Shown here: positions 52,444-64,000 of the stretch, piece after piece
How positions within the stretch are numbered: position 1 is the stretch's first letter
Layout of the letters: each line of letters begins with the position of its first letter
From: Eledone cirrhosa
Taxonomy: Eukaryota
Length of the DNA: 64,000 nt
Direction: 5' to 3'
Assembly (NCBI GenBank): GCA_964016885.1
Contig: OZ024740.1
Span: 116,684,001-116,748,000 of the forward strand
Program-made: the position numbers and the translations under genes
Notes under the pieces: generated by a model
Told to the model about the DNA's origin: nothing
The model's database searches: none
The model's input: only the letters and a program-made list of their open reading frames with translations

Positions 52444-52647
52444 AAAACCCCAATAGGCGGTTATTTAACCCCGAAGGGCCAAATAACGGGCAGAAAGACC
52501 CTCTCACGAGGAGGAGGGTGTTTTTGTCTACAAGTTGGTTAAAGTTTTAAACAATTTACAATTGTTATAGCGGTCAAAATTTACAATACCTTACAGAGCC
52601 GAGCCTCCGTCAACCATAGCATTCAATAATAATAATAATAATAATAT

Positions 52648-53439
52648 AGAGATCCACAGACATGGAACTGGTTGAAAAGAGGAGACCTTAAAAAGGCTAC
52701 AGAAGGAATGTTAATGGCTGCGCAGGAGCAGGCCCTCAAAACGAAGTGGTTGAAACACCATATTTACAAGGAGGAGGCTAGCCCACTGTGCAGGATCTGT
52801 GGAGAGAGAGAGAGGAGACTGTGGCTCACATTGTATCCGAGTGTAAACACCTAGCCCAGACTCACTATAAGGGCTGGAGACATGATGTGATGGGCAGGGT
52901 GATCCACTGGCACCTATGCAAAGTAAACAATTTACCACATTCTGAGAAGTGGTATGAGCATAAGCCAGAGGCGGTGATAGAAAACGATCAGGTGAAGGTG
53001 CTGTGGGATTTTAGGATACAGACGGACAAGAAACTGGAACACAATAGACCTGACCTGGTGGTTTTGGACAAAGAAAAAAGATCGTGCCTGATTGTGGATG
53101 TGGCCTGCCCATTCGACACGAGAGTGCAAGAGAAGGAGAGGGAGAAAATTAACCGATACCAGGACTTAAAGTGGGAGGTAAAAAGGATTTGGAACTGCCA
53201 TGAAGTCAAAGTGATCCCGATTGTCATAGGCGCACTAGGGACTATCTCAAAAAGTTTCCAGGGATGGTTAAAGAAAATTGGCCCCTTCACGCTTTTTGGA
53301 ACGCTTCAAAAGGCATGCTTGCTGGGAACAGCAAGAACCCTCCGATACGTCCTGAATATCTGAGGCTGCAGGTAGTGGCTTGATATTCATCTCAACAAAC
53401 TTTCCAGTTAACTAACATCAATGGCTGAGACTCAAAGAG
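52648..53439 (+). mobile_element. R4/Dong-clade non-LTR retrotransposon 3' fragment (zinc knuckle + restriction-like endonuclease)
   Basis: TEGMLMAAQEQAL, CRICGE/ETVAHIVSEC, RHD, LWDFRIQTD, NRPDLVV, DVACP, EK..RYQDL, PIVIGALG; frameshift in (GA)n near 52810; (AAT)n on both sides. Confidence 0.85.
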
Positions 53440-53461
53440 TAATAGTAATAATAATAATAAT

Positions 53462-54507
53462 GCTTTCTGTTTACATAAAGTAGACATTAAGGACAGTACA
53501 GGACAACACAGGACGGTACAAATGGCATTTCTGCGTGTAAAAAACAAAAACAGAGGATGTAACAAAAAAAAATAACAATGAAAAATCTCCCAATACGGGG
53601 GAGATTTCTGAGGGACATTCGTGGAGAAAGCCAATTTAAAAAGCCAGTGACCTTGACCACCAGGGCAAGTGCCCTCTCCCAGTTTTCCACCTTTAAGTTA
53701 CAGACACATACTCAGAGTAGTACTCGGGCCATTCTTGCCTCTCTCACCCATCTTTCAACAAAATGCTGGGAAGAGAGCACTTCCCTCTCTACCCTGATTT
53801 TCCTTTTCAAATGAAATTTGAAAAAGTTAATCAGGGCATCACCGAAGAGGTAAGTGCTCGTATTCACCCGTTTCAAACGTGTCCACCATACTATCTCTTT
53901 CCACCAGACAGATAAAAACTGCCTGCCCTTCCCGGCTAAAGGAAGAGGGCGGGGCAATCCTCACGATGGACTCAGCTGATAGCTGGATCCGTCCTACACG
54001 CGACAGCAGGTGTTCGACATAAACCCACAAGTCAGCAATGCTCGGACACTGGACGAGTGCGTGAAGGACGGTTTCTTCGCCCTGCGCGCATCTCGGACAT
54101 GCCCGGCTGACGGCACCTCCATGCCTGTAGAGTTTATCCCGAACTGGCAAAGCTCCTCGGTAGCACTGCCAGGCCAGGGATTTCTGGAAGTTGTCCATAG
54201 GCCCCGGCCCGAAAGTTCTTCCGAAGAGATTGGCTAGTTGATTTTCGTCGACGCCTAGAGTTTCCTCAAGTACGTCGTCGCTCTTCCCCTCCACTAATCC
54301 TCTATAGAACGCCAAGGTGGAGTTTCCACCGATCACATTGCCCGATTGGTCGAGGGCTGTGAGCGCCTGAAGACATTCCAGTCTCCAAGCGCTCCCTCTC
54401 GGTCTTCGCTTGACCCAGGACTGCAGCTCCGTCAAGGAGACGAGTTGGGGAAAGACGCGTCTAGCAAACGGCGACCACACCTGATCACCGTCGATGAAGA
54501 GGTGGAG
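53462..54507 (-). mobile_element. 5'-truncated second Tx1 copy
   Basis: Highly similar to 46720-47770 (DGDQVWSPFAR...CPRCAQGEETVLH). Confidence 0.9.
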
Positions 54508-54534
54508 TAATATATTAATAATAATAATGATAAT

Positions 54535-55324
54535 GATTTCATTTATTAGCCACAAGAGCCGACATGTAGGGGACAATACAAAGACAGGGACAGTGGGGTT
54601 TACAATAGTCTTGCACAATGGCAAGACTAATTTAACAATGAAGATATAAAAATATAAAATAAACTATGCATAAATAAAACAAAATAAATTCCCCTATAGG
54701 GAGTGGACGACCCAGGAGTGACTCAGGTACCCACCAATCCCGAACCACCCTGCGCTTCTAGGGCACCCAGGGATAGCACACCTCACCTCAAGTTAGCTAG
54801 CCTATAGGCACATGGTCAGGGTAGGCTCATTCACACGGGCCATTCTCGCCACATTCATCCGCCTTTTAGCAAATGTACTGGGGAGCAGCACTTCTCTCTC
54901 CGCCCTCACCTTCCTTTCCAGGTGAAACTTGAAGAAGTTGATGGGGGATTGGCCGAAGAGAAAAGTGTCTGTCTTCAGTCCTTTTAATCTGGTCCACCAT
55001 ATAACCTCTTTCGCAACGGCCACCAGACAGAGGAAAATAGCCTGCTCTTCCTGACCTAAGGAAGGCGGCGGATCGATCTTCACTATGGACTCGGCCGATA
55101 GCCGGATCCATTCCACACGCGACAGTAGCTGTTCGACATAACTCCACAAGTCAGTAATGCACAGACATTGGACAAGTGCGTGCAGAACGGTTTCGTCGCT
55201 CTGTGCGCATCTTGGGCAGGTCAGTCTGACAGCACTTCCGTGCCTGTAGAGTTTATCCCGAACCGGCAGTGCCCCCCGGTAGCACTACCAAGCGAGGGAT
55301 TTCTGAAAATTGTCCATCGTCCCC
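54535..55324 (-). mobile_element. 5'-truncated third Tx1 copy, diverged subfamily
   Basis: LSAESIVKIDPP..FFKFHLERKVRAEREVL; different 3' UTR but similar terminus GATTTCATTTATTAGCCACAAG; (AAT)n flanks. Confidence 0.85.
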
Positions 55325-55635
55325 AATGATAATAATAATGATAATAATGATAATAATAATAATAATCCAGCAGAGACGAATGTAACTATATCCAATCTAA
55401 ATCATTCTACATTTGCTTTCTTGGATTATCAAAATGAATTTTAGTTGGACATGTAGATGGCAGTATAATGCGATGCTTGGGTTTTGACGAATTAAGTTTA
55501 TGATGAGGTTTTACTTCTCTGTTGGATTTGTTTTGAGATGTGATAGTCCCGTAATTTCTGCTGGAGACGTAGAAGTACCATAGTAGCATTTGGCGTTTCT
55601 TGGACATTTTAAAGCCTGAACACAGCAGATTTCTT

Positions 55636-55736
<101 letters not shown>

Positions 55737-55879
55737 ACCCCAGTACTAGACTGGTAATTTTTATCGACCTAGAAAGGATGAAAGGCAGTGGATTTGCTTT
55801 ACTTGACCTAATTTATGACTTCATTGGGTGAGGCAAAATTATTACAACTTTAGATTTTTTCAATTTTTAAATTTGTTAG

Positions 55880-55990
55880 GCGTAGACATAACTGCAGGTT
55901 CAGTTTCGCTTCCTGGCACATTGGACATGTGTCTTCTACTATAACCTCTGGTTGACAAATGCCATGTGAGTGGAATTTAATCGTCAGATG
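55880..55990 (+). mobile_element. Degenerate SINE
   Basis: GGTTCAGTTTC..GGCACATTGGACATGTGTCTTCTACTATAACCTCTGG..GTGAGTGGAATTT. Confidence 0.4.
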
Positions 55991-56302
55991 CCCGCTGGAT
56001 ATATATCAGGACGGTGACAACAAAAATGGAAGAGGAATGTACAAAACCACAGCCGGTATAAACAGGTTTCCATCTTATATCGTTGTCATTTCAACACCTT
56101 TATATATGACAAACGCAGCTTTGGAATCAAAACAAAACAGAGATGTGTAATAAAAAAACAACAACAGAGACTTAGAAAACGTGGCACTAACAAGAAATAT
56201 GTATAAATAAATATAAAAGTTGTTAGATATGAAGAGAAACGTAAATATCAGAGGATGGGTGTGCTTAGAATGATACTAAGAAGGCAAGCATTGAACGCTA
56301 AA

Positions 56303-56369
<67 letters not shown>

Positions 56370-56649
56370 TGTGTGAGAGAGGGAGTGAGAGAGGGGGAGA
56401 GAGAAGGAGAGAGATATAGAGAGGGAAATCGAAGGATGGTGCAGACAACTTTTGAATGTTGTATGTTATCACTCAGACATCGTCTGTTAAACAATACCAG
56501 CAAATATATATACACCAACCAAGTACTCAAAAGCGAAGAGAACAACATTCTTCAGGTCGATAGTGAACTCCTTAAGAAGTACTCACATAACGATAACCCC
56601 CAGTCCAACCCCTGAATTGCTGGACTAGTATACTTTAAAAAAAAAAGAC

Positions 56650-56970
56650 CTGGATGAAAATCCCTATGCATACTCGAAAATGTGAGGATGATACTAACAT
56701 TGAGAAAAAGTGTAGTCTCTTTTGGAATCACGTCGCATATAGAAGATTGTATTTCTGCAATCCAATAATAAAAGAGATAGAGGAACCGTTACAATATCAA
56801 GATGCAAACGAATATGCCAATTCTGTCACTTTTGTGTGGAAGATATCACACATGATCAGCAGCTGCCCTAAAATGTCAAGGTACTACTCTCAATGCGGCA
56901 AATACTTTTGCTAAAACAATATACAATGCCATCCGTAGGAAAGCTTGTCTTGGGATAAATATAGAGAAAC
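56650..56970 (+). pseudogene. Highly decayed R4/Dong-like zinc-knuckle fragment
   Basis: Across frames: CQFCHFCVEDIT / HMISSCPKMSRYY / AKTIYNAIRR. Confidence 0.4.
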
Positions 56971-56983
56971 CCCACGTATTTTG

Positions 56984-57130
<147 letters not shown>

Positions 57131-59399
57131 GAATGTATGTACAAGGAATATTTGGAACATTTTTAATGAAATCTGGGAAAATGTTTAAAAAATATTTTGT
57201 GAAATCTTTGGAAAATATTTGAATGAATTTTTTATGAAATTCTAAATGTGTACTTTATGCATATGTGTGTCTTTGTATGTGTTTGTTTGTGGTTGTGTTC
57301 GTGTGTTCGTGTGTATTCGTGTGTGTGTGTGCTATCAATGTATATTAACGAAGGTTGTAAACAGTGGTGAAAAACCCGAGCTCTTTGAACAAAGAAATTT
57401 GCGAATTTTGATCTATACAATTACAGACAGTCTTTCTCCTTTGGTCTGGCAGAAAACTATGTCCCCATAACTTTGACAGGTCCTCTGAGACCAATGAAAT
57501 TGATCCTATTGCGGTTCAGCTTAAATTGTTGCACGTGGACTTCTGCAGTAATGGCATATGCTGAGAGTGAATTCAGGTGGGGTGATGTTCTGTCACGGAA
57601 TTACTGTATGTAGTGGTGAGTGTGGGGTTTGTGGAGATTGGACACAGTATGAGTGATGAGAAAAAGAGAGACGAGTAAGGCGGCAGCGCCCTGATTAGAG
57701 GTGGCACAAGGTCAGTCAAATGTAAGGAACAGAGGCTGTTGTAGTTGCCGTAGAAAACGCAGAGAAATAAAATAAAATATCTGTGGACCAGAGGAATAAG
57801 TGTGTCTGTAAGTGACTTTTCTGCCAATCAGACCAGTGGCCATTTTCTGCATACGCTTTGGAAAATACAGTGAATCAACGTTTGGTTTGTTGGAAACATG
57901 TTTAACCAAAATCAATATTATTCACTAAATACGATATAAAGCAAATCAAATCAAATCAGTGATGTTCTTACATCAGTTAATTTCAGCTTAGAACCATACA
58001 TCTTACATCTCCACAGCAATTACTGTATATATCCATGTGTAAGTCGCACAGCAATTACTGTATATATCCTTGTGTAAGTTGCACAGCAATTACTGTTATA
58101 TCCTTGTGTAAGTCGTACTGGTAGTTAAATGAGACCATTATTTCCATACAGTAAATAAAGTACCAGTAATGCACTGGTATAATTGCTGGCCTTGTGCCAA
58201 AAGTCGAAATAATTATTTCCATACAGTATTTACAATATAACATACACCTTGATAAGTTGTGGGTGAATGTTTTTTTTGCCGTATTTCTGTGTAAACATAT
58301 ACAAGGACGGAAATATGAAGTTTGACTGCTACTTCTAGCCTTTCAATCGTTGTGCATCATTATGATACTATTCTAATTATAGCAACGAATGTAAGAATAT
58401 TCAATGCATCCATTTTGTACATTAAAAATATTGTAGTTCAGGATGTTATCGATAGAAATAAAGGGAAACATTTCTTGAGAGACCCTTCTTCTTCTTCTTC
58501 TTCTTCTTCTTCTTCTTCTTCTTCTTCTTCTTCTTCTTCTTCTTCTTCTTCTTCTTTTTCTTCTTCTTCGCTCACTAATTTCGAAGACGAAATCTAATAG
58601 CAAAATTAGTCTTTATATTTTATACTATTATATAACGTTAAAAATCAAACATGGTATACTCGGACTTACTGTAAGCAAACATACTAATAAGCTATCACGT
58701 CAAAACTATTGTGAAACTAGGCTTCTATATGTATAATATAACTTTAAAAATAGCTCATGTATAACATTATCTAATTGGCTGAGTTGTATCGCCCTAAATC
58801 GATGGCGATATTCCTTCCTGTATCCATCGCCCAGAGTTCATTTAAAGAAGGTTAAGTTAAGAATGTTTCTGATGAAATCTTTGGGTAAATTTGCATAAAA
58901 CTTTTGATAGAAAATCTTTGATAACATTTTGAGAAAATGTTCAATTAAATATTTTGGGAAATTTTCTATGGAAATCTTTTACCCTACTATACCTTTATTG
59001 CCGTTACTACTAATTGTGCCCATTTAACTATGTGTATGTATATATCTGTATCTATGTATGTATGTGCATGTGGTGCTTGTGCGTGTGTGTCCATGTGTGT
59101 GTATGCGTGTATGTGTGCGTGTATATGTGCATATATATGTGTGTGTGTAAGGATTGGTTTCTTACGATGACACATATCATCTCAGATTCAATATATATAT
59201 ATATATATATATAAATACTTCTTCAATATGAATTTTCTTGATGTAATTTCACCTCATTGTTCGTTTTTACTTAATTAATGAGTGTAAGAAGGCTTAATTA
59301 CTCGCTATAAATCATTTTGAGCATTTAGTTATTTCTATAATTAGAGTTCTTGGACTTAATTCTATAAAATATGTTTTTTTAGGGGCTCTGTATGTCTGT

Positions 59400-59413
<14 letters not shown>

Positions 59414-59453
<40 letters not shown>
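59414..59453. repeat. ~40-nt poly(G) tract after (TG)n
   Basis: Directly visible. Confidence 0.9.
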
Positions 59454-59849
59454 CTTCAGAGGTCCTTCCTGCTTTAATCCTGAACCACTAATACTATGAC
59501 AATGAAACTCGGGTACATGTATGTACCATTTCCGCACTAAAGAAAGCCTGGAGTGTGAGGGGCTCAGAGACCCATTCCTTCTCCAGGCATAATTGGTGCT
59601 GGTAATGTTTTTTATTCTTGATAACTAAGTTCATTCGAAATATTTTAAAAGTTTCTTAAAGTTTACAAAAATGGTTAATAATAGTCAAACAAGCATATGT
59701 TTTACGATGAGAACTGTTGATTCAATTTAGTACAATTAAATTATATTCCATATATTGTCAACTTTTATTCTGACGAAAATTTTGATCCGTAAACACCTCC
59801 TATCCAACCTTCATCCAATAGTTTAGCACGCCGTAACCACCTCCTACCC

Positions 59850-60050
59850 AGCCTTCATCCTATAGTTAGCAGAGTCTTCGTGTCTTACATTAATTTGGTT
59901 CTTGTCTTGCGCTTTGAATCACTGGATCTGTTTTCTGACAAACTGTGATCGTGAACAGTTTTACCAGGCTTAAGATAATTAAGGTAAGGCAATTATTTCT
60001 GCTCTTGATATATCGAAAGCATTTGATAGCTTTTTGGGAAAGGGCCCTTT
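59850..60050 (+). pseudogene. Decayed CR1/Jockey-like RT fragment
   Basis: GCTCTTGATATATCGAAAGCATTTGAT = ALDISKAFD at 60001. Confidence 0.45.
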
Positions 60051-60654
60051 GTCAGAAGAAAGATCCAGTGATTCAAATTCGATGCCTAATCACGTCATCT
60101 CCTTTAACCTAACAAATTGTACTTCAAACATCTGAGCCACATTTCTTTGTGTTGTTACTTCGATAAGATCCTGCTCAGTTAAATCGGTTGGAAATGAATA
60201 ATTCTCTTGAGATTGACCTACGTTCGGTGACTGAAGGAACTTTCCAGTGGCTGATTATTTGCAACACTGTAAAAACTAAGCTTCTTTCCATTATCATAAG
60301 ATAATGGCCAACTGGGGACAGCGACGGTAAAAGGTACTTGCTCAAGGTTGTGTGCAACGGCGGGCTCTAATTCGAAAAGCATATGTTGGAAAGCAAACTT
60401 CCTAACTACACAGCAATGAATCTGGATCAATAATAGGTCAGGTCAGCATAAATAGGTCAGGTCCCCATAAATCTGGATCAATAATAGGGAATGAGCCGAT
60501 GTTTAGTCCGGAAAAAGGAAACAATGTTTCTATTAGTGATACAATCCACTAGTTGCAACCCAGATAAACGGTGGGATTTGAACGGATAATATATTGCATA
60601 GCATCTCATCGAACTCTTAAACAGTTCCGCCCATGTACCGCCCCAGGAATGATT

Positions 60655-60790
60655 CTTTATTTATCGACCACGAAAGGATAAAAAACGAAGTTGACGCCGG
60701 TGAGATTTGAACTCAGACCATACTGAGCCGGAACAAATATCGAGACATTTAATCCGACGTCCTAACACCTCTACCACTTCGGAGTCCTTT
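60655..60790 (-). mobile_element. SINE, family of 585-900
   Basis: TTTATCGACCACGAAAGGATAAAAAACGAAGTTGACGCCGGTGAGATTTGAACTCAG. Confidence 0.5.
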
Positions 60791-61276
60791 TGAAACACTT
60801 GAAAATAAAACAAAACAGCCCAACACAAACAGAAATATTCTGCCTGCAAAACCATTTTCCCCGGCGAATCACTAAGGGTGTTGAAAAATTTGCGTGGGCA
60901 ACATTATGTTTTCTACTGTATAAATATTTAACCTAAATGACACATGTAAGACAGTTGATAACTGCCAGAGTGGCCATTTTATTCCAGATGCTATAGAATT
61001 CCATATTTCCAAGACTACCTCCTCTACATTTCATTCATTCGGATTTTTCTTCTGAATATTTCCTTTTTTTTTCTTGTTTATTTATTTGTATTTCTTTCTT
61101 TATTTCTTCCTTTCTTTCATTCTTTCTTTCTATATTTTATCATTCTTGTTTCTTTCGTTTCTCGTGATTATTGTTTTGTTATTTTTTCCTTCATTTTATT
61201 TGTATTTCCTCTTTACATTTATTTCCCCCAATGCGATATCCTTTTTCTTTCTGTTTTATTCTCTTTCTCTAATTGT

Positions 61277-61455
<179 letters not shown>

Positions 61456-62842
61456 CACACACATATATATATCTTTCCCCTCCTCTCTCGCTCATTACTT
61501 TCTTTCAATTGCACTCTCTCTTTTAACTCCACACATACAAGGTTGATATATTGATGTAGGATATATCTGTTCAATATACTAATACACAGAGGAAACTAAG
61601 AGGGTGGTGCAGACCATTAAAAATATCATACGACATCAAGTCTCTTTGTTTCTCTTTCACTCGTAAATATCATATGGCATCAAGCTAGAGAAGAAGACAA
61701 CGAGCGTTCATTTTTGTTTTGAATCCTTTTGGTTTCACATTTGAAAAGAGGGTGACAGCCCTGAAATATTATGTTGAAATATACCCATCAATATGAATAG
61801 TATACTTCATAATTCTATTGTGTAAATGTCATATAGGTATTTAAATAAGAACATAAGATTTGGTGTACGTCAACACAAGTTCAATTAATTTGAAACTAGT
61901 ATTGATAATAATATTTCCTCTTTTTTCTTGAAGTATTTCAAAAAAAAAAAAAGCTTCTAGAATTTGGAGTGTCGTGAGGTAAACCACTAATGGGAATAAA
62001 ATTATTCTTATCATGTGTGTAAACCGAAGTGCCCAGAAATAACTCACACATCCATATATTGTTAAATATTACTCTTCTTTTTTTCTCATATAAAATATGA
62101 GATTTCTACCTTGTGTACTATATTGCATGCTGAGTACCATAGAGAGGAGCTGAATTACAAGCATACCAAGTCAGCTGCCTGGTTTCCATTCACAGTTAGT
62201 TTTTACTTAGCAAATACTTCAGGAAAATACCCAGCGTGCAATATACAAGTAACAAATCTCATATTTTATATGAGAAGAGAAAGAGAGTAATATTTAACTT
62301 TTTTCTGGCTAATAAGACGTTAAAGGTGTTATGAAGCATTGCTGTAGTTATCCGAGTTCTTTCCCTCGTCTTCTTTTTATTTTAAAACCTCTTGGGTGGT
62401 ATATTTTATGCCAATATTTTGTTTTCTTTCTTGGCCTCTTTTATAATTTGGAAGTTGAATCAAGTACCGATAACTATTGCTTCCTTTATCGGTCGGAATA
62501 AGGTTGACTTTTTGCTGTTAGCCTCAGGGGAGGTAAGGCTGTGAATGCTGCCAACATCTGATATCTGTCTTTATAGGCACTAATCGGAAGCTCTATAGTC
62601 TCTCAAGTGTCATAATGGTGTATCTATATTGCTTGGTCAGGCAACATGAGATTTTCAGGCAGCTGGAAATGTCTTTGAATTCAGTCGAGCCGATCTGACA
62701 AACGTCATGTTTTCTCAATCCTTTGCACTCCCTTCTCCATTCGGCTGCCATTTTTGTTTCGCATTATGACCTTCTGTTTCCATACTTTGAAAATCAGTCT
62801 TCCCACAGCACAACTGTCATAAATATAGAATTCTCTACCATC

Positions 62843-62962
62843 TCTTCTTCTTCTTCTTCTTCTTCTTCTTCTTCTTCTTCTTCTTCTTCTTCTTCTTCTT
62901 CTTCTTCTTCTTCTTCTTCTTCTTCGATGTCGGTGAAGAAGAAGAAGAAGAAGAAGAAGAAG
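62843..62962. repeat. (CTT)n and (GAA)n tracts in inverted arrangement
   Basis: (CTT)n-GATGTCGGT-(GAA)n; another (CTT)n at 58485-58570. Confidence 0.9.
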
Positions 62963-63525
62963 ATGGAAACATAGAAATATCTATATCATCTCTAAGCTTC
63001 TGACGATAAATTCAAAGCATTTGAATAATGAGATTATGTATTGCTGATGCCTCATCTAAGCAATTTAACTCTGTAATGTGAAATAAAATATCTGTAACAA
63101 TGAATCGAAGCCTTGTGATGAATTTGTATCACGGTTCACTAAAATATGGTTATCTAGACACATGACCAACTATTATAGACGACAGGGGGAGGGATGTTGT
63201 GTTTATGTTTATCTTTTCTAATGATATGAACAAATCAACGATTACAAGTATAAAAACGAAGCATTGTTTTACGATAAACAATGTAACAAATGTCAATAAA
63301 ATAGAAGCAAAAATTCATTTCTCTTAGTACAAACTTCTCTGCTGATTTACAAATTTCCTCTGACTAATATTGATATATTGGTGGGATGAACATCAACAAC
63401 ATCTTTTATAATATAATACGGTATGGATCCGAAACTCCTGAGAGTTTTTAACTGTGGTTTCCCCCATTTTAACTCGGGATATATATACAATATATAAATA
63501 CACAAACACACTCACAGACATATAA

Positions 63526-63567
<42 letters not shown>

Positions 63568-63583
63568 AAAAGATTTTTTTTTA

Positions 63584-63719
63584 GTCCAGAATTAGCCGTC
63601 GAAACGGCTTGAGCTCAGCCGTCGGGGTCCTACTCATTCCTATTACCCACTCTACTACCCTAAGTATTGAGTACTTTGGTGCGTTATGGTCCACCTGGTT
63701 CCTTACCACATTTCCTTCG

Positions 63720-63722
<3 letters not shown>
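63584..63722 (+). mobile_element. Family C copy (longest)
   Basis: CCAGAATTAGCCGTC-GAAACGGCT-TGAGCTC-AGCCGTC-GGGGTCC...TTCCTTCGT|(TA)n. Confidence 0.8.
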
Positions 63723-63815
<93 letters not shown>

Positions 63816-63895
63816 TGTACCTTAGATGAAACACTGTGTAAGGAGTAAATCTTGTTTTTAAATGTATCGCCTTCTCGTCCATTTATTTTTGCTTA

Positions 63896-64000
63896 TATCT
63901 ATCTATCTAAGGCGGATAAAATTCCTGAGATCCATGGACGAGTTCTCTGCAGCGGTCTCTGTCCCTCATCATCGCTGCCATGTCCTGCGTCTCCAAGAGA
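63896..64000 (-). mobile_element. LINE (RTE-like) 3' end running off the window
   Basis: Minus strand translates LETQDMAAMMRDRDRCRELV..stop, followed by a short (TAGA)n tail. Confidence 0.5.

Larger units (their letters stand above)
46696..52624 (-). mobile_element. Full-length but disrupted L1/Tx1-clade LINE
   Basis: ORF1 with CCHC knuckle, ORF2 with APE-RT-zinc domain; (AAT)n at both junctions. Confidence 0.88.

Noticed and set aside
59414-59453. Poly(G) as a functional G-quadruplex
   Set aside because: Homopolymer length is unreliable in assemblies and there is no supporting context.

Overview
This is eukaryotic, AT-rich, microsatellite-dense DNA with no recognisable host gene; the SINE and RTE 3'-end motifs suggest an octopod cephalopod (inference). 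The window is a retroelement landscape. (i) Penelope-like elements (PLEs, RT + C-terminal GIY-YIG): an uninterrupted Naiad-type ORF (23964-26282, -), a near-complete second family (36112-40890) and a truncated relative of it (19886-21745). (ii) Two RTE-clade LINEs: one full-length with APE + RT + PHD-like finger (42084-45362, -), one 5'-truncated ending in three C2H2 fingers (14411-17030, +). (iii) A stack of three L1/Tx1-clade copies plus an R4/Dong-type fragment sitting in (AAT)n tracts (46696-55324). (iv) CRE-type and other decayed LINE fragments, SINEs and a Tc1/mariner-like MITE. The main signal not shown by the ORF track is a dense set of type I hammerhead ribozyme motifs: more than a dozen complete or degenerate cores plus five 3' halves. 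They lie in short, ORF-less inserts, most abutting (TA)n and often folded back as inverted repeats, and include a 314-bp tandem retrozyme-like unit (28165-28638). Most short ORFs in the track are microsatellite translations or antisense shadows.
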